Origin: an uncultured delta proteobacterium | Lineage (GTDB): Bacteria; Myxococcota_A; Polyangia; Fen-1088 | Length of the DNA: 64,000 bases | Direction of reading: 5' to 3' | Assembly: GCA_963767925.1 (NCBI GenBank) | Contig: CAVYGB010000002.1 | Span: 1,248,001-1,312,000 of the forward strand | Shown here: piece after piece, positions 12,006 to 21,160 of the stretch | How the letters are laid out: every line of letters begins with the position of its first letter | Position numbering within the stretch: the first letter of the stretch is position 1 | Made by a program: the position numbers and the translations under genes | Notes under the pieces: generated by a model | Told to the model about the DNA's origin: nothing | Databases searched by the model: none | Seen by the model: the letters and a program-made list of their open reading frames with translations, nothing else

Positions 12006-14334
12006 CGATCGTCCTCCCGGAGCAGCGGCTGGAAGTCGTCGTCCACCGCCTGCAGCTCCAGCTTCTGCTGGTTGATGAGCTTGGAGACGTTCTGGGTCTT
12101 GGAGTCCTTGATGCCCCAGGAGACGTCGATCAGGCCGACGTCCGACTGGACGGTCAGATCGTAGAACCGGTGGCCGCCCGCGAGAGCATGGCCTCCGCCA
12201 GCCCGCCGCCGACGTCCTGGCTCTCGGTCAGCACGGTGTTGAGCTTGCCGCCTGCCGCCTCGAGGTTGCTCTTCTCGGTCGTGATCAGGCCCTTGACGTC
12301 GCCCAGGCGCCGGTCGGCGATGCCGTCGAGGCGCCCGTCGAACTCCAGCACCTGGGTCTGGACGGTGTCGGCGCGCGCGAGCACCTGCATGAGCTCCTCG
12401 AAGCTCGACCCTCCCTCGCCCGTGCCGGGCGGCACCTTGGCCCGCGAGAGGATCTCCCGCTCCCGGCGCAGCAGGTCCACCAGCCGGTTGGAGCTCACCC
12501 GATCCGAGCTGCCGGCGGCGCCCGCCAGGGTGGCCTCTTGCCCGGCCACCGCGATGTCACCCCGGATCTTGTCGAGCACCTGGCGGGTCTGCTTGATGTC
12601 GCCCTTCACCGGGTCGAGCTGCTGCTGCAGCGCCACCGGATCGACCCGCTTCTCCGCCCGCTCGTGGATGAAGTATTGCTCGATGGCGACAACCTCCGCC
12701 TCGAGCGACTGGATGAGGACGTTGACCTCGGAGGCCCGCGCGTCGACGACCGCGAAGGCCTCCCGCACCGAGCTGGCCCGCGAGCGCATGTTGTCCTGGG
12801 TGAGGGGCAGGTTGCGCAGGTCCTGCTCGAGCACCGCCCGCTCGCCGGCGATGCCGTCGAGGGCGGCCCGGTCCTCGGGCGAGAGGTAGCGGGCGGCGAT
12901 GGTGCGGGCGTCGTTCTGGAAACGCCGCCGGACCTCGATCGACTGGTTCATGATCTCGGTCGATCGGGTGCGGGCCGAGGCCAGGTCGGGGAACATGCCC
13001 ACGATGTGGCCGCTGGCCACCGCCCGCTCGAGGTGCTGCACCAGCCGCTCGGACTCCTGGATCCCCCGCTGCAGGCTCCCCACGTCCTCGGCCAGCACGA
13101 GCATCTTGGCCACGTCGGGCTCCTTGGCCACCAGGCGGATGGCGGCCTTGGGGATGATGGTGGCGAGGTCGAACTTCTCCAGGCCCTGGTTGACCAGCCG
13201 CTGGTAGAAGTTCGGGTCGGCCTTGGCCTGCTCCTGCCGGGTCTGCAGCTCTTTATAGATGGGCTCGTACTCGGCCAGGGTGGCGGTGAACTGCGACGAG
13301 GCCAGGTAGAAGTTGGCCAGCCGCAGGTGCAGGTTGCCGATCAGCAGGCGCAGCTCGGGGGCCCGCGTGCTCTCCGGATCCTGCAGCACCATCAGATCGA
13401 GCGCGCGGTAGGCCGCCCGGAAGTCGCCGGCCTTGATGGCGTTCCAGGCCGACTCGTACATGGCGTCGCCGAAGTACTTCGACTGCCGGGGGACCGACGC
13501 GTACCACTGCTTGGCCCGGTCGAACTGGCCCCGGTCGTAGAGCAGGCGGCCGATGGCCAGCCGGGCCAGGTCCTGGATGTCCTTCTCGTTGTCGTCCTTG
13601 GGCTGCAGCTTGAGGACCTCGTCGAACGAGCGGGCGGCGCTGGCGTAGTCCCCTTCCTTGACCTGCAAGGTGGCGAGGAAGTAGCGCGACTGCATGTAGT
13701 AGGGCTGGCCGGCGGCGATATTGTCGAAGGCCGTCTTGGCGTCGTTGGGCCGGTTGCGGAAGAAGTAATATTTGCCCCGCACGTAGGAGACGCCGGGGTC
13801 CTGGTCGACCGAGCGCACCCGCTCGAGCCGCTCGAGCTTGTCCTCGATGCCGGTGTAGTCCCCCGTGCGCAGCGAGATCTCGATGATCCGCTGCAGGGCC
13901 CGCTGCTCGCGGCGGGTGGTCTCGTTCTTCTTGGCCGCCTGCTCGAAGTAGCGACGCGAGGACAGCAGGTCGCCGTCCTTGAAGAGCGACTCGGCCAGCA
14001 GCAAGGTGGCGTCGTCGAAGGCCCGGCTCTGCGGATACCGTTCGATGACGTCGAGGCAGAGGGTGGCGGCGGCGCTGTAGTTCTTGATCGCGAACAGCTT
14101 CTCCGCCTCGATCACCCGGCGATCCGCGGCGTTGGGGTCGGGAGCGTAACTCTCGCGGAAGCTCGAGCTCAGCGATCGGGTCCGCCCCTCGAGCTCCCCC
14201 AGCTTGCGGTTGGCGTCCTGGATGGGTCCGGCCCGGCCCGGGCTCGCCGAAAGGAGCGTCCCCAGGCCAACCACCGCCAGACACCCGCCTCTCCACCGAG
14301 CGGCCTGCGTTCTATTCCTAACGTTTGGCATCAC
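12002..14334 (-). CDS. GltC-like TPR/coiled-coil secreted protein (frameshift near 12170)
   Basis: Signal peptide; TPRs (DLARLAIGRLLYDRGQFDRAKQWY, DAMYESAW); long coiled coil; C-terminus FYDLTVQSDVGLIDVSWG...DDR* in a shifted frame, overlapping the gltD ATG. Confidence 0.7.
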
Positions 14335-14429
14335 AAACCCCTTGGCGCGCCGCGTTTCGCGGACCGGAAGAACCTGCTGCTGAGCTGCTCGTGACGTCTA
14401 CTTCGTTAAGTGGGTGCGGAACGGCTGGA

Positions 14430-15161
14430 TCACTTACCGGTCGCGGTGGGTGCGCCGCCGACCACGTTGCTCACGCGGAAGTCGACGGCCGGCTTGTCCT
14501 CCATGTTGGTGGTGGCGCCGCCCTTTTCGTACCCGGCGACCACAACGGACGTCGACCGGCCTTCCGCCGCAACGAACGTGTGGCTCGACCGTACATTGAA
14601 TTTGTAGCCCTTCAGATAGCTGAATACCCCGAATCCGTGGCCCTGGTAGAGGAGCTGGACCGACAGGGTGTGTGATCCCGGCTGGATCGCGCCCTTGTAG
14701 ACCTCGAACTCCTGGACCTCGCCGAGCTGTCCCGAGTCGTCTGCCTTGGAAAATATCTGCACCCCGTCGAGGGCGTAGACCGCTCTCACGAGGCGAAACG
14801 AAGCGCCCATCTCGTTGCGGTGCTTGATCAGGGCCTGCGAGGCGCCGATCACCCCGCCGAGCACGGTTTCTTTCAGGAGCTGCAGCCTGGCCTTCGTCCG
14901 GAAGACCTGTTCCTTTAGCTCACTCACGCTCCGCTCGAGGTGGCGCAACCGGACCGTGTAGCCACCCTCGGGGGGCGCCCCGGTGGGGGCGGCCGCCGCC
15001 GGGGGATTGTCCGCCGGCGGCTCGGCCGCGGGCTCCGCGCCGGCTCCGGTGGCGGGCGCCGGGGCGGCGGCGGAGGCGGTCTGGGTTTGCGCCTCACTCA
15101 CTCGCCCGGCGAGCAGGCAAAAGACACTGAGCACACCCGCTGCTGTTGGTCGCAGTCTCAT
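14430..15161 (-). CDS. Secreted hypothetical protein (coiled coil plus beta-sandwich-like domain), first gene of the Glt-like cluster
   Basis: Signal peptide, Ala/Pro linker, LERSVSELKEQVFRTKARLQLLKETVL, YQGHGFGVFSYLKGYKFNVRSSHTF. Confidence 0.75.
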   Translation of the reverse strand: MRLRPTAAGVLSVFCLLAGRVSEAQTQTASAAAPAPATGAGAEPAAEPPADNPPAAAAPTGAPPEGGYTVRLRHLERSVSELKEQVFRTKARLQLLKETVLGGVIGASQALIKHRNEMGASFRLVRAVYALDGVQIFSKADDSGQLGEVQEFEVYKGAIQPGSHTLSVQLLYQGHGFGVFSYLKGYKFNVRSSHTFVAAEGRSTSVVVAGYEKGGATTNMEDKPAVDFRVSNVVGGAPTATGK

Positions 15162-15645
15162 CGTGGTTCTCCCTGTGGTGCCGACGGCGGGGGGGTAGGG
15201 CCGCCTTGGCCCTGCGGCCTGGGAGGCACCCTGTATGGGTCGTTCGCTTTACTGGGAAGGTTCATTCTATACCAAGCAAGCCACTTCAGTCGCCTGCAAA
15301 ACAAGAGCGCGAGGGCACCTGCCTGGCCGGCGAGATTTTAACAGCTCTCCCTGGTCCCCGTGAATCGGATTGTCCGCCCCAACACTCGAGGACATTTCTC
15401 CGCTAGGCCTCCTACCTCCCTCCTCTCTCCCTCCTCTCTCCCTCCTCTCGGGCCACCCGTCAGCCCCAGCTCCGTCCCCGTACGCGCCCCCGTCCCCGTC
15501 CCCGGGAAGCGTGGACCAACCTGCCACCAGCGACGCCGTCGGGCCGCCGCCGGGCACGAGACGGCATCGATCTGTCCCCCTCGGGTCCCTCCCCCGTCGG
15601 GGGCGACAAGCGCGGGGGGCTGGGCGGCTCCCGCCGCCCGCGGGA

Positions 15646-16785
15646 TCAGCGGGCCTTCGGCGAACGGATGCGCGGGCGGATCCCGGCAGCGTTGCGAGGA
15701 CGCCTGCTGGACTTCTTCACCGACGGGGTCTTCCCCTTCGGCAGAGCCTTGGGCTCGGCGCTGGCCGCAGCCTCGGCGCGGGCCTCCTTGCGGATCGCCT
15801 TCCACACGACCTCCAGGAGGTCCGGTATCCCTTCGCCCGTGACGGCGCTTACAGCCAGGAGCGGCAGACCGCGCTTGGCGAAGGCCTGCCGCATCTTCGG
15901 GAGCTGCTTTCGCGTCTGGGGCAGGTCGATCTTCGTGAGCACGACGATCTCGGGCCGCTCGGCCATCTTGGAATCGTAGAGCGCCAGCTCCTTGCGCAGG
16001 GTCTCGTAGTCCCGGGCCGGCGTCCGGTCGGGCGCGGGGCTGATCTCGATGAGGTGCACGAGCAGGCGGGTGCGCTCGAGGTGGCGCAGGAACCGATCGC
16101 CGAGGCCGGTCCCGGCGTGGGCCCCCTCGATCAACCCGGGGATGTCGGCCACCACGAACGACCGTTCGCCCGACAGGCCGACCACGCCGAGGTTGGGCAC
16201 CAGGGTGGTGAAGGGATAGTCGGCGATCTTCGGCCGCGCCGCCGAGATGCGAGAAATCAGCGACGACTTGCCGACGTTGGGAAAGCCGAGCAGGCCGACG
16301 TCGGCCAGCAGCTTGAGCTCGAGGCGGAGCGTTCGCTCGACGCCCGGCTGGCCCGCCTCGGACCGGCGGGGGGCCCGGTCGGTCGAGGTGGCAAAGTGTA
16401 TGTTCCCCCGGCCGCCTCGCCCGCCCCGGGCGGCAACGAACCGCTGGCCGTGGGTCTGCAGATCGACGAGCAGCTTGCCCAGCTCGTCGTCGTGGACCTG
16501 GGTGCCGGGCGGGACCTTGAGCACGAGGTCCGCGCCGCTGCGCCCGTACATGTCCTTGTTGCCGCCGTCCTCGCCGGACTGGGCCCGGTATTCGTGGCGG
16601 TAACGGAAGTCGAGCAGGGTGCCGAGGCCCTCGTCGACCTCCAGGATCACGCTGCCGCCGCTCCCGCCGTCGCCGCCCGAGGGTCCCCCCTTGGGCACGA
16701 ACTTCTCGCGACGGAAGGAGACCGCGCCCTTGCCGCCGTTGCCGGCGTGCACGTGGACGCGCGCCTGATCGATGAAGGCGGACAA
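15646..16785 (-). CDS. obgE: GTPase ObgE/CgtA
   Basis: [58 protein letters not shown]; downstream of rplU-rpmA. Confidence 0.97.
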   Translation of the reverse strand: MSAFIDQARVHVHAGNGGKGAVSFRREKFVPKGGPSGGDGGSGGSVILEVDEGLGTLLDFRYRHEYRAQSGEDGGNKDMYGRSGADLVLKVPPGTQVHDDELGKLLVDLQTHGQRFVAARGGRGGRGNIHFATSTDRAPRRSEAGQPGVERTLRLELKLLADVGLLGFPNVGKSSLISRISAARPKIADYPFTTLVPNLGVVGLSGERSFVVADIPGLIEGAHAGTGLGDRFLRHLERTRLLVHLIEISPAPDRTPARDYETLRKELALYDSKMAERPEIVVLTKIDLPQTRKQLPKMRQAFAKRGLPLLAVSAVTGEGIPDLLEVVWKAIRKEARAEAAASAEPKALPKGKTPSVKKSSRRPRNAAGIRPRIRSPKAR

Positions 16786-16838
16786 GACCGGTGCCTACCT
16801 GCCGGGGCCCGAGCGCCCGCGGTGGGCGGGTCGAGCGT

Positions 16839-17114
16839 TCAGCCGGCGGCGGCCGCCTGGGCCGCCACGTGGTCGATGCTCACGGTCTGCCGGCCGCGCG
16901 ATTTGGCGAAGCGGACGGTCCCGGGGACGAGGGCGAACAGGGTGAAGTCTCGCCCCATGCCCACATTGATGCCGGGGTGGAAGACGGTCCCGACCTGGCG
17001 AACCAGGATGTTGCCAGCCTTGACGAGCTGGCCGCCGAACCGCTTGACCCCACGCCGCTGGCCGTGAGAATCGCGGCCGTTGCGCGAGCTGCCTTGACCC
17101 TTCTTGTGTGCCAT
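16839..17114 (-). CDS. rpmA: 50S ribosomal protein L27
   Basis: [16 protein letters not shown]...AGNILVRQ...GRDFTLFAL. Confidence 0.98.
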   Translation of the reverse strand: MAHKKGQGSSRNGRDSHGQRRGVKRFGGQLVKAGNILVRQVGTVFHPGINVGMGRDFTLFALVPGTVRFAKSRGRQTVSIDHVAAQAAAAG

Positions 17115-17150
17115 GGTGCCTGCCTCGTGAATCTGCGGGCTGGAGCCCGG

Positions 17151-17480
17151 TTACTTCTTCTCCGCCTGCTCGCCGCCGATGGCGGTGATGCGCAGGGCGG
17201 TGTACGGCTGGCGGTGCCCGGCCTTGCGCCGGTACGACTTGCGCCGCTTGTACTTGAACAGAATGATCTTCTTGCCGCGGCCCTGCTCGAGAACCTCGGC
17301 CTCGACCTTGATACCGCTGACCAGGGGGTTTCCCACCCGGACCTTGCCGGCATCATCGGCAAACAGCAGGGAGTCGAACGTGAGCTTGTCCCCCGCAGAA
17401 GCGGGCAGCTTCTCGACCCGAAGGGTCTCCCCTTGGGCGACTCGGTACTGCTTTCCTCCGGTGCGTATGACGGCGTACAT
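17151..17480 (-). CDS. rplU: 50S ribosomal protein L21
   Basis: [14 protein letters not shown]...[19 protein letters not shown]; start set at ATG 17480. Confidence 0.98.
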   Translation of the reverse strand: MYAVIRTGGKQYRVAQGETLRVEKLPASAGDKLTFDSLLFADDAGKVRVGNPLVSGIKVEAEVLEQGRGKKIILFKYKRRKSYRRKAGHRQPYTALRITAIGGEQAEKK

Positions 17481-17503
17481 GGGCGTCTCCAGGCGAGCGG
17501 GGT

Positions 17504-17531
17504 AATTTAGTTCAATCGCTGCCCCTGTCAA
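17504..17531 (-). promoter_or_regulatory. sigma70-type promoter of rplU-rpmA-obgE
   Basis: Minus strand TTGACA (17531-17526), 16 nt, TAAATT (17509-17504), about 24 nt upstream of rplU. Confidence 0.6.
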
Positions 17532-17617
17532 GAGCCCTGATCGGCGGCTCCCTGAAAAGAGGCGGGGCGGTTGGACTGGGTGGGTCTTCTGGTCGGGCTA
17601 TCGGTCGGGCTGTCTAT

Positions 17618-17738
17618 CAGGTTGTCGGTCGGGCAGGTTGTCGGTCGGGCAGGTTGTCGGTCGGGCGATCCGGGTCTCTGGGCCAGCTTCGGCCGGGTCC
17701 TGGTGTTTTCTTGGGGGTTTCTTGGGGGTTTCTTGGGG
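17618..17738. repeat. Short tandem repeats between hisD and the rplU promoter
   Basis: CAGGTTGTCGGTCGGG x3 (17618-17665) and TTTCTTGGGGG about x3 (17707-17738). Confidence 0.8.
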
Positions 17739-17752
17739 CGGTCGTGTCCCGG

Positions 17753-19033
17753 TCAGCAGGGGCGGCGCCGGGCCAGTACGGCCCGGCCGTGGCCGTGCAG
17801 CCCCTCCACGTCCGCAAGGCGGACGATGTCGTCTACCTGGTCTTCGAGGGCCTGTGCCGAATATTCGATGGTGGAGGTGCGCTTGACGAAGTCCCCCACC
17901 CCCAGGGGCGACGAGTAGCGGGCGCTGCCCCCGGTGGGCAACACGTGGCTGGGACCGGCGAAGTAGTCGCCGACCGCCTCCGAGGCGTGGTGTCCCACGA
18001 ACACCGCCCCCGCCACCACCCGGTCGGCCAGACGGCGGGCGTCGGCCACCGCCAGCCCCGCGTGTTCGGGGGCGATCAGATTGAGGGCGCGCAGGGCCTC
18101 CTCCCGGTCGGCCACCACGATGGCCACCCCGTGGTCGCGCAGGGCCTGTTCGGCGATCGCCCGCCGCGGCAGGCTGGCGACCTGGCGCGCGAGCTCGACC
18201 CCGATCCGCTCGGCCACCTCTGCTCCGACTGCGATGAGGATGGGGACCGCCAGGGCGTCGTGCTCGGCCTGGGCCAGCAGGTCGGCCGCCACCCAGGCCG
18301 GATCGGCGGCGCCGTCGGCGACGATGGCCACCTCGGTGGGACCCGCGACCATGTCTATGCCCACGTCGCCGCAGACCAGGCGCTTGGCTGCGGCCACGTA
18401 GGCGTTGCCCGGACCCACGATCTTGTCGACCCGGGGCACGCTCTCGGTGCCGTAGGCCAGGGCGGCGATCGCCTGGGCCCCCCCGATGACGAACACCCGA
18501 TCGACCCCGGCGATCTCGGCGGCGGCCAGCGCCTCGGGTGAAGGCCCCGGCGTCGTCATCACCACCTCCTTCACGCCCGCCACCCGGGCGACGATGGCGG
18601 TCATCAGCACCGTCGACGGGTAGAGCGCGGTCCCCCCCGGCACGTAGACCCCCACCCGCTCGAGCGGGGAGACCCGCGAGCCGAGGCGAATGCCCTCCTC
18701 TTCGTATTCGAAGGAGCGGGGCATGTTGGCCCGCTCGTGCTCGTGAAAGCGTCGGACTCGATCCGCGGCCCGTTGCAGGCTGGCCCGCAGGCGAGCGGTC
18801 ACCGTCGCGGCCTGGGCCTGCCAGTCGGGACGCGCGAGCTCGAGCGCGGTCAGCGCCCGCTTCTCGAAGCGGAGGGTGAACTCCCGGACCGCGGCGTCGC
18901 CCCGGGTCCGCACCTCCTGCAGCACGTGCCGGGCAGCCTGCTCGACCTCCGCGGGCACCTCGGACGCGCGGCGCGCAAGGGCCCGCAGCTCCGGTTCGTA
19001 GTCGGGACTGTCGGCGCTGATGCTGCGAAGCAT
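17753..19033 (-). CDS. hisD: Histidinol dehydrogenase
   Basis: [77 protein letters not shown]. Confidence 0.96.
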   Translation of the reverse strand: MLRSISADSPDYEPELRALARRASEVPAEVEQAARHVLQEVRTRGDAAVREFTLRFEKRALTALELARPDWQAQAATVTARLRASLQRAADRVRRFHEHERANMPRSFEYEEEGIRLGSRVSPLERVGVYVPGGTALYPSTVLMTAIVARVAGVKEVVMTTPGPSPEALAAAEIAGVDRVFVIGGAQAIAALAYGTESVPRVDKIVGPGNAYVAAAKRLVCGDVGIDMVAGPTEVAIVADGAADPAWVAADLLAQAEHDALAVPILIAVGAEVAERIGVELARQVASLPRRAIAEQALRDHGVAIVVADREEALRALNLIAPEHAGLAVADARRLADRVVAGAVFVGHHASEAVGDYFAGPSHVLPTGGSARYSSPLGVGDFVKRTSTIEYSAQALEDQVDDIVRLADVEGLHGHGRAVLARRRPC

Positions 19034-19077
19034 GGGGACCGGTGGTTTAGCACGCCCACGCAGCCCCCGTTTACACG

Positions 19078-19784
19078 CCGGAGTCCCCTCACCCCACCCT
19101 CTCCCCGCTACCGCGGGGCGAGGGCGAACGCACAGCGGGACGCGAAAATCTCGCCCCCTCCGCAAGCCACCCGCTCTGACGACTGGCGAGGCATCTCCCC
19201 AACTTTTCAACCCCGCCCGGACGAGCCTCGGACCATCTCTCCGTCGTTCAACCCCGCCCGGACGAGCCTCAGACCATCTCTCCGTCGTTCAACCCGCCCG
19301 GACGAGCCTCGGACCACCTCTCCGTCGCTCAACCCGCCCGGACGAGGCTCGGACCATCTCTCCGTCGTTCAACCCGCCCGGACGAGCCTCGGACCATCTC
19401 TCCGTCGTTCAACCCGCCCGGACGAGCCTCGGACCACCTCTCCGTCGCTCAACCCGCCCGGACGAGGCTCGGAGCACCTCTCCGTCGTTCAACCCGCCCG
19501 GACGAGACTCGGACCACCTCTCCGTCGTTCAACCCGCCCGGACGAGGCTCGGACCACCTCTCCGTCGCTCAACCCGCCCGGACGAGACTCGGACCACCTC
19601 TCCGTCGTTCAACCCGCCCGGACGAGACTCGGACCACCTCTCCGTCGTTCAACCCGCCCGGACGAGACTCGGAGCACCTCTCCGTCGTTCAACCCGCCCG
19701 GACGAGGCTCGGGGGCGCCTCTCCCATTGTTCGCCCTCGCCCCGCGGTCTGCCGCGGGGAGAGGGAGGGGTGAGGGGCCTCCGG
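19078..19784. mobile_element. MITE/REPIN-like element copy A, with internal tandem expansion
   Basis: Left arm CCCCTCACCCCACCCTCTCCCCGC...GCGGGGCGAGGGCGAAC (19085-19129) and inverted right arm (19729-19777); 79-bp core homologous to copies B and C. Confidence 0.7.
19209..19732. repeat. 40-bp tandem repeat (12 full units plus 1 degenerate)
   Basis: Consensus AACCCGCCCGGACGAG(C/G/A)CTCGGACCA(C/T)CTCTCCGTCG(T/C)TC; units start at 19209, 19250, 19291, then every 40 bp to 19691; no unique spacers. Confidence 0.97.
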
Positions 19785-19843
19785 TGTTCGCCGGTCGGAG
19801 CGGGCCTGCTGGCAGCGCTGAGCGACGGGCGGTTCAGCGCGGG

Positions 19844-20242
19844 TTATTTGCCGTTTTTGCCGCCGGGAGCGGCCTTCTTTTGCGACTTGTCTTTCGGCCT
19901 GTCTTTGGCCGCTCGGCGTGCTTCCCGGTACTTCTTGATCGAAGCCTTCGACACGTCCTTGTGCTTGGCGCAAACCATCCCAAACACCGGTGCAGCGGGA
20001 TTGTTACATCCGGGAACTGGACATAGCTGTTTGGGTCGGCGGCGAACGGGGGTAGCCCCTAGAAACGCGGCGAACTTGGGCGGCCGCCCGCGGCGACGAG
20101 GAAGAGCACCACCACCGACGGCGGCGATCACCATCTGCCGGGCCCGACTGGCGGCGTCGGCCTCGACAGCGGAAACCAATCGCCCCACAAAGTCGTCTAC
20201 CAGAGAACGGATGTTGGATTCGGGAGGTGATGTCCTGGCCAT
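19844..20242 (-). CDS. Small basic DNA-binding protein with AT-hook and C3H zinc-finger-like motif
   Basis: RRRGRPPK AT-hook; CPVPGC-x10-CAKH; Lys-rich tail; start at ATG 20242. Confidence 0.7.
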   Translation of the reverse strand: MARTSPPESNIRSLVDDFVGRLVSAVEADAASRARQMVIAAVGGGALPRRRGRPPKFAAFLGATPVRRRPKQLCPVPGCNNPAAPVFGMVCAKHKDVSKASIKKYREARRAAKDRPKDKSQKKAAPGGKNGK

Positions 20243-20327
20243 TTGTAACCCCACGGGAGATTGGTGTCTTTCTTGCGCAAAGTAAAGTCGAATCTCGCCC
20301 GCGCGGAACCGTAAGAGCGCGTGCAGG

Positions 20328-20720
20328 TCAGGATCGACAGTGCGTGATCGTCGGATCGCTGTTGGCGGCAACTTCGCCCGCTTCGACAGCGTCTCGCTGC
20401 TCGTCTTTTCTGGAGTGTCTTGCTCGCCTCGCGTGCGTGGCCTGTGTACGCACCTTGGTGTTCACCGCCGTACGGATGTCCGCATCGGGCGCGATCCTCT
20501 CCAGGTGCGCGCGAACATCCGCGCACCCATCGTCTTCGTCTTCGGGCATCGTCTCCCGGGCCCGCTCCGACGAGGATCTTTCCTGGTTTTCCGACGCTGG
20601 CGCCGATCCGGCCGGACGCCGGGACACGCGCGCGACGCCTCTGCCGACCGCTGCCTCGCCCGCAACGAACGCCCCGAAGCGGCGCAACCGGACCGCGCGG
20701 CCGCCGAGGTCGACGTACAT
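20328..20720 (-). CDS. Hypothetical protein (doubtful)
   Basis: 130-aa ORF with mostly G/C-ending codons and no recognisable motif. Confidence 0.3.
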   Translation of the reverse strand: MYVDLGGRAVRLRRFGAFVAGEAAVGRGVARVSRRPAGSAPASENQERSSSERARETMPEDEDDGCADVRAHLERIAPDADIRTAVNTKVRTQATHARRARHSRKDEQRDAVEAGEVAANSDPTITHCRS

Positions 20721-21123
20721 CCCCCGAGTACCGCGCGAGTCTTAACCATCCTCCCGCTATTTGGTTGCTGGTTTGTCGCTGCTTTTGTGGGTGGATTCTC
20801 CAGCCCGGTCGGTTCGGCGTGCGTTTCGCAATTGTTCCTTCTCGTTGCGGGCTCGCCGAACCACCACCTTCAACAACCGGCTTGTTGAGCCAAACTTCAG
20901 CGGAGCAACATCCGGCTTACCCCCGCGAGGTCCCCCGATGATTCGCCGGTCCAGCGCGCAACGTGGCGACTCGGGCGCGACACCGATCGGCGTCCGCTCG
21001 GAGCAGACCGGGTGATCGCCCGATCGGGCAGCGAGCGAGCCAGGCGAGCCGCGCCGGCTCCTCTCGGGCCTGTGATGCCGTTCCTGCCTACGGGCACCGT
21101 TCCCGGGCGGTGACGAAATAGGC

Positions 21124-21152
21124 TTGACGGGGAAGACGGGCCTCTCGATTAT
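21124..21152 (+). promoter_or_regulatory. sigma70-type promoter of sctV (possibly leaderless)
   Basis: TTGACG (21124-21129), 17 nt, GATTAT (21147-21152), ending 8 nt before ATG 21161. Confidence 0.45.
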
Positions 21153-21160
21153 TCCGCGAC

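Noticed and set aside
19209..19732. CRISPR array
   Set aside because: Units are head-to-tail with only single-base variants, there are no unique spacers, and no cas genes are in the window.
18737..20285. Long repeat-protein ORFs 18737..20026 and 19020..20285 through the array
   Set aside because: The 40-bp unit is not a multiple of 3 and lacks stops on the plus strand; the ORFs overlap hisD and the AT-hook gene antisense and have no convincing start.
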